From positions 2,665 through 54,851 of the forward strand of contig CAZDRR010000002.1 in assembly GCA_964507955.1 (NCBI GenBank): 52,187 nt of DNA, in the 5' to 3' direction. Origin of the DNA: an uncultured Candidatus Saccharibacteria bacterium. Lineage in GTDB: Bacteria; Patescibacteriota; Minisyncoccia; Phycocordibacterales; JAACPR01. The notes under the pieces were generated by a model that was not told the origin of the DNA, did not search any database, and worked only from the letters and a program-made list of their open reading frames with translations. Made by a program: the position numbers and the translations under genes. Below are positions 48,244 to 52,187 of the stretch, piece after piece (position 1 is the stretch's first letter; every line of letters starts with the position of its first letter).

Positions 48244-48287
48244 ATGATTTGGATATAGTCATTCATTTTGATATAATAATGGAACAT

Positions 48288-50318
48288 ATGGCAAAAAAAG
48301 AAAAAGGATACGGAGCAGATGAAATTAGAGTTCTTGAAGGTCTTGAACCTGTAAGAGTTCGACCTGGAATGTATATTGGAACAACAGGACCAGATGGATT
48401 ACATCACCTAATCTGGGAAATTTTCGATAACTCAAGAGATGAAGCGATGGGTGGATATGCAAACAGAATCGAAATTGCTCTTTTGCCGGGCAACTATATT
48501 AGAGTCGTAGATAATGGACGAGGTATTCCTGTTGATAAACATAAGACTACAAAAGTTTCTGCTCTTGAAACTATTATGACAGTACTTCATGCCGGAGGTA
48601 AGTTTGGTGGAGAAGAAAGTGGCTACAAAGTATCTGGAGGTCTTCATGGAGTGGGTGCATCTGTTGTAAATGCACTTTCTGAACATACAGTTGCAGAAGT
48701 TCATAGAGATGGCGGAAGATTTGTTCAAGAATATGCACGAGGAAAAAAGAAAGCTGATGTTAAGAAAGTAAGTTCATCAGATATGAATGGGACAATTATT
48801 AGATTCAAACCAGATGATCAGATTTTTCCAAGTACAGAATTTTCATATGAAAGAATTGTGAATCATGTGAGACAACAAGCATATCTTGTAAAATCACTTG
48901 CTATTACAGTTATTGATGCACGAGAATACGCAGGAAAAATTGATTTAGATAAAATTTATTATATTGCCGATTCTGATGTAGAGGCACCTTCAAAAACTTT
49001 CTATTTTGAAGGAGGACTTAGATCACTTGTTGCATTTTATAATCAAATTCAAAAACCAGTTCACTCTAATATTTTTTATGCAGAAAAAGAATCTGATAAT
49101 GTTATGGTTGAAGTTTCGCTCCAATATGTTGATGATATTTCTCCTAGAATAGTTGCGTTTGCTAACAATATTTATAACCCAGAAGGAGGTACACATATTA
49201 CAGGATTTAAGACTGCTCTCACTCGAAACCTTAATAACTATGCAAAGAAGAATAAACTTCTCAAAGAAGGAGATTCATTTTCAGGAGAAGATGTTCTTGA
49301 AGGACTTACGGCTGTTGTTTCTATTAAGATGCCTGAGATTCAATTTGAAGGACAAACAAAAGCAAAACTCGGATCGGTTGAAGCACGAGGTGCTGTTGAA
49401 ACAGTATTCTCAGATGCATTTAATGAATATCTTGAAGAGAATCCAGATGATGCAAAAGCAATTATAAATAAAGTATATCTTGCTCTTAGAGCTCGAAAGG
49501 CCGCTAAAGCAGCAAAGGATTCAGTGCTTAGAAAAGGTGCTCTTGAAGGAATGACACTTCCAGGAAAGCTTGCTGATTGTCAGACCAAATCTGCAGAAGA
49601 AGCAGAGCTCTTTATTGTAGAGGGAGATTCTGCTGGAGGTACTGCAAAAACGGGTAGAGATAGAAGAACTCAAGCAATATTGCCACTTAGAGGAAAGATT
49701 TTGAATGTGGAACGAGCACGACTTGATAAAATGCTTTCTTCAGAACAAGTACGAAATCTTGTGGTTGCTCTCGGGACAGCTATTGGAGATACCTTTGATA
49801 TTACTAAACTCAGATATCATAAAATTATTATTGCAACTGATGCCGATGTTGATGGTTCACATATTAGAACTTTGATCTTAACACTATTTTACAGACATTT
49901 TAGACCAATTATCGATGGTGGTTATATATACATAGCACTTCCGCCACTATATAAAATTATGAAGGGTAAGGAAGTTATTTATGCATATTCTGATGAAGAA
50001 AAAAATAAAATTATAGGAAAGGAAGCCTCATCTTTGGATGAAATCCAAGAAGAAGAGGATATTGTAGAAGATGAAGATAATGCTGTTGCTAAAAAGACAC
50101 CCAAGTTTAGAATTCAAAGATATAAAGGTCTTGGAGAAATGAATGCTGAAGAATTAAAAGAAACAACAATGGATGCTCGAAATAGAATTCTTAAACAAGT
50201 TACTGTTGATGACGCTGTATTGGCCGATCAAGTATTTGATATGCTTATGGGTACTGATGTTCCTGCTCGAAAGTCTTATATCGTTTCCAATGCAAAGAAT
50301 GCAAATATTGATGTGTAG
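48288..50318 (+). CDS. gyrB: DNA gyrase subunit B
   Basis: VRVRPGMYIG, EIFDNSRDE, DNGRGIP, GGLHGVGASVVNALS, VEGDSAGG, ATDADVDGSHI, QRYKGLGEM; start moved to ATG 48288. Confidence 0.97.
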   Translation: MAKKEKGYGADEIRVLEGLEPVRVRPGMYIGTTGPDGLHHLIWEIFDNSRDEAMGGYANRIEIALLPGNYIRVVDNGRGIPVDKHKTTKVSALETIMTVLHAGGKFGGEESGYKVSGGLHGVGASVVNALSEHTVAEVHRDGGRFVQEYARGKKKADVKKVSSSDMNGTIIRFKPDDQIFPSTEFSYERIVNHVRQQAYLVKSLAITVIDAREYAGKIDLDKIYYIADSDVEAPSKTFYFEGGLRSLVAFYNQIQKPVHSNIFYAEKESDNVMVEVSLQYVDDISPRIVAFANNIYNPEGGTHITGFKTALTRNLNNYAKKNKLLKEGDSFSGEDVLEGLTAVVSIKMPEIQFEGQTKAKLGSVEARGAVETVFSDAFNEYLEENPDDAKAIINKVYLALRARKAAKAAKDSVLRKGALEGMTLPGKLADCQTKSAEEAELFIVEGDSAGGTAKTGRDRRTQAILPLRGKILNVERARLDKMLSSEQVRNLVVALGTAIGDTFDITKLRYHKIIIATDADVDGSHIRTLILTLFYRHFRPIIDGGYIYIALPPLYKIMKGKEVIYAYSDEEKNKIIGKEASSLDEIQEEEDIVEDEDNAVAKKTPKFRIQRYKGLGEMNAEELKETTMDARNRILKQVTVDDAVLADQVFDMLMGTDVPARKSYIVSNAKNANIDV

Positions 50319-50347
50319 TGAGTTGTAAATATTAGTGTTTTACTTTT

Positions 50348-50382
50348 AGCAAAAGGCGGACCCTTCGGGTCCGCCTTTTGCT
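50348..50382. terminator. Perfect 16-bp inverted repeat, GGACCC-N3-GGGTCC family copy 3 (between convergent genes)
   Basis: agcaaaaggcggaccc-ttc-gggtccgccttttgct. Confidence 0.88.
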
Positions 50383-50398
50383 CTAGTTTTCTAGCAGT

Positions 50399-51766
50399 TT
50401 AATTATTTACTTCTAGAGTTTCTGATTCAGTATTATTATTTTCTCTTTCTTCGTCTACATCATCGTCTGAATCCACCTTAACTTTAATTGAATATCTTCC
50501 TTCATCTATGTTGTCAAAATCAGCAATGATTTCTATTGATTGTCCTGGTCTAAGTGAACTATATGTTTTTGATCTGTATGAATCATCATTATTATATGGA
50601 AGATTGTCTATTTCAAACCTCCAAGATCCAGAAGATTCGCCTCCTTGATTTTTGACTATAAATCTTACTGCAGCAGTATCGTTCTCATCAATTTCATCAT
50701 CTTCAATAAATTTATTTCCAGAGATTCTACCTACTTCCATTGATTTTATGATTAGATCAGCATCTTCTTTGGAGTTATAAGAGCTTGAATTATTATTTGA
50801 ATTTGATCTTGAACCAGAAATCACTACACTTGCTTTGTTGTTTGATTCATTTGATTCAGAAATTTTATTTAATGGATCTGCAACAACTTCAATCGTTTGT
50901 TTTGAATTATCTTGTCCATCAAATCTAACTGTTATTGCAAGACCTTGGTTTGCTGCAAGAGATGCTTGAATAGGTGATGAAATTGTTCTAGATGGATTTT
51001 CTGCGTCGGTATATGAGAATTCCCATGGGCCAGTAGAAGTATTTCCATAATTATATACATGTATTACAAAGGTAGATTGAGAATCAATAGCACCAATATA
51101 TGTAATTGCAAGATCTTTAGTTGGTCTTGAGTAGGCTTGTGAGGATGTGTTTGAAGTATTTGTTTTTGTTGTTGTAATAGGTTTTGTTGTTACATTTGAT
51201 CCTGATAGTGAACCATTTGCGTTAAAAGGATTAGATGAAGTAGATGTTGAGTTTTCTTCTCCTTTAATAGTTATAGTTTTTGAACCTGATGCAATAGTAT
51301 TATTTTTTGAATCTCTATAACTAATGGTTACTACTGAATCAGCAAAATTATTTCCTTGTGTGAATAGGGGAACAATAGATATTGAATTCAAGTCCGTTCC
51401 TAATTTTAATGGAGTATCACAGATTACTCTCTTAGGACCATCTTGTGATTGGATATCAAAAAATAAGCCATCAATACATTTGTATGAGAAGAAATATTGA
51501 CCTGAGTCTTTTGGAGTGTATTCAAAAGAAAGAAGAATCGGTGATTTTACATCTACTGAGTCATTTTCTGTTTTTAATACTATTTCATCACCACTAATTG
51601 TTTTTTTGACTTGTGAAGATATGTTAGATCCAAGATTTGATAGATTTGAAACGGCTACAGGTACCATTTTAAATATAAAAATGACCAAAACAATGAATAA
51701 TATAATACCCCCTGCTATAAATAGGGTTTTTGCGACAAAATTCGCTTTTGATGAATTATCTGCCAT
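50399..51766 (-). CDS. Membrane-anchored surface protein with two CARDB-like Ig domains
   Basis: N-terminal TM; S/T/N-rich linkers; two repeats DL.I...V.N.G...S..W.F...D.....E..E.NN. Confidence 0.8.
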   Translation of the reverse strand: MADNSSKANFVAKTLFIAGGIILFIVLVIFIFKMVPVAVSNLSNLGSNISSQVKKTISGDEIVLKTENDSVDVKSPILLSFEYTPKDSGQYFFSYKCIDGLFFDIQSQDGPKRVICDTPLKLGTDLNSISIVPLFTQGNNFADSVVTISYRDSKNNTIASGSKTITIKGEENSTSTSSNPFNANGSLSGSNVTTKPITTTKTNTSNTSSQAYSRPTKDLAITYIGAIDSQSTFVIHVYNYGNTSTGPWEFSYTDAENPSRTISSPIQASLAANQGLAITVRFDGQDNSKQTIEVVADPLNKISESNESNNKASVVISGSRSNSNNNSSSYNSKEDADLIIKSMEVGRISGNKFIEDDEIDENDTAAVRFIVKNQGGESSGSWRFEIDNLPYNNDDSYRSKTYSSLRPGQSIEIIADFDNIDEGRYSIKVKVDSDDDVDEERENNNTESETLEVNN

Positions 51767-51775
51767 AGTGTTATT

Positions 51776-51804
51776 ATTCTATAACATAGATTGGTATATG
51801 TCAA
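51776..51804 (-). promoter_or_regulatory. Consensus sigma70 promoter of CARDB gene
   Basis: TTGACA(51804-799)-N17-TAGAAT(51781-76), 9 nt before ATG. Confidence 0.8.
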
Positions 51805-51892
51805 TGGTCTGTCTATGTCATATTTTTTATAAAAGCTTGAAAAAAAAGCCTGTTTATGTTACTCTCATAAGACTTAAAACAACCAAAGAAAT

Positions 51893-52048
51893 ATGTCACA
51901 AGATAAATTAGTAAAAATCAAATGTCAGGAAACTGGTGAAATCAAATACACTAGAAAAAACAAAAAGACTACTGAGCGAAAACTTGAACTACGAAAGTAT
52001 AACTCAAAGCTCAGAAAGCATACTGTATATAAAGAAGTAAAGAAATAA
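51893..52048 (+). CDS. rpmG: 50S ribosomal protein L33 (51 aa, not in ORF track)
   Basis: MSQDKLVKIKCQETGEIKYTRKNKKTTERKLELRKYNSKLRKHTVYKEVKK*; promoter TTGAAA(51837)-N17-TACTCT. Confidence 0.95.
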   Translation: MSQDKLVKIKCQETGEIKYTRKNKKTTERKLELRKYNSKLRKHTVYKEVKK

Positions 52049-52084
52049 AAAGAAAAACCCACACATTGTGTGGGTTTTTCTTTT
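52048..52084 (+). terminator. Intrinsic terminator, GAAAAACCCAYAC family copy 2
   Basis: aaaagaaaaacccacac-att-gtgtgggtttttctttt. Confidence 0.88.
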
Positions 52085-52141
52085 GCAAGTTTAAGATTAG
52101 GTCGTTATAATATAAGTAATAAATAAATTAATAATATAAAC

Positions 52142-52187
52142 ATGCAAACAGGAATCTTTGACAAAACACGGTTGGTTGCAAACGTAC
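52142..52187 (+). CDS. Start of an unidentified gene truncated by window edge
   Basis: MQTGIFDKTRLVANV...; promoter TTGCAA(52083)-N17-TATAAT(52106). Confidence 0.5.
   Translation, partial: MQTGIFDKTRLVANV

Overview
Low-GC (about 30% by eye) bacterial chromosome segment read in genetic code 11. Gene content and streamlining point to a Patescibacteria/CPR genome, probably Parcubacteria (inferred from truncated PheS/PheT, short RF1/EF-Ts/ObgE, orphan VirD4/HerA-like ATPase, type IV pilin cluster, MYG1 and few Shine-Dalgarno sites). It carries housekeeping genes (rsmI, murC, secA, obgE, ligA, gatCA, fba, rplY, rpmE, prfA, rpsB, tsf, tRNA-Thr, pheST, gyrB, rpmG), a 10-gene minus-strand glycan locus divergent from an O-antigen-ligase/TPR gene, and a pilin/prepilin-peptidase/minor-pilin operon. 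No CRISPR array, rRNA, integrase or transposase was seen. The most unusual region is the 710-bp gap at 17533-18242. It holds two convergent small non-coding transcription units, each with its own predicted promoter and terminator; one appears to be a circularly permuted complement of the loop of the other. The gap also holds a 3%-GC tract with DnaA-type boxes and an unannotated 37-aa histone-H1-like gene. Other signals are an acyltransferase cassette flanked by a duplicated gatA 3' end, a membrane-anchored HEPN-like protein, a 50%-GC mini-island, repeated palindrome families and widespread leaderless promoter architecture. All family assignments come from motif recognition, not database searches.
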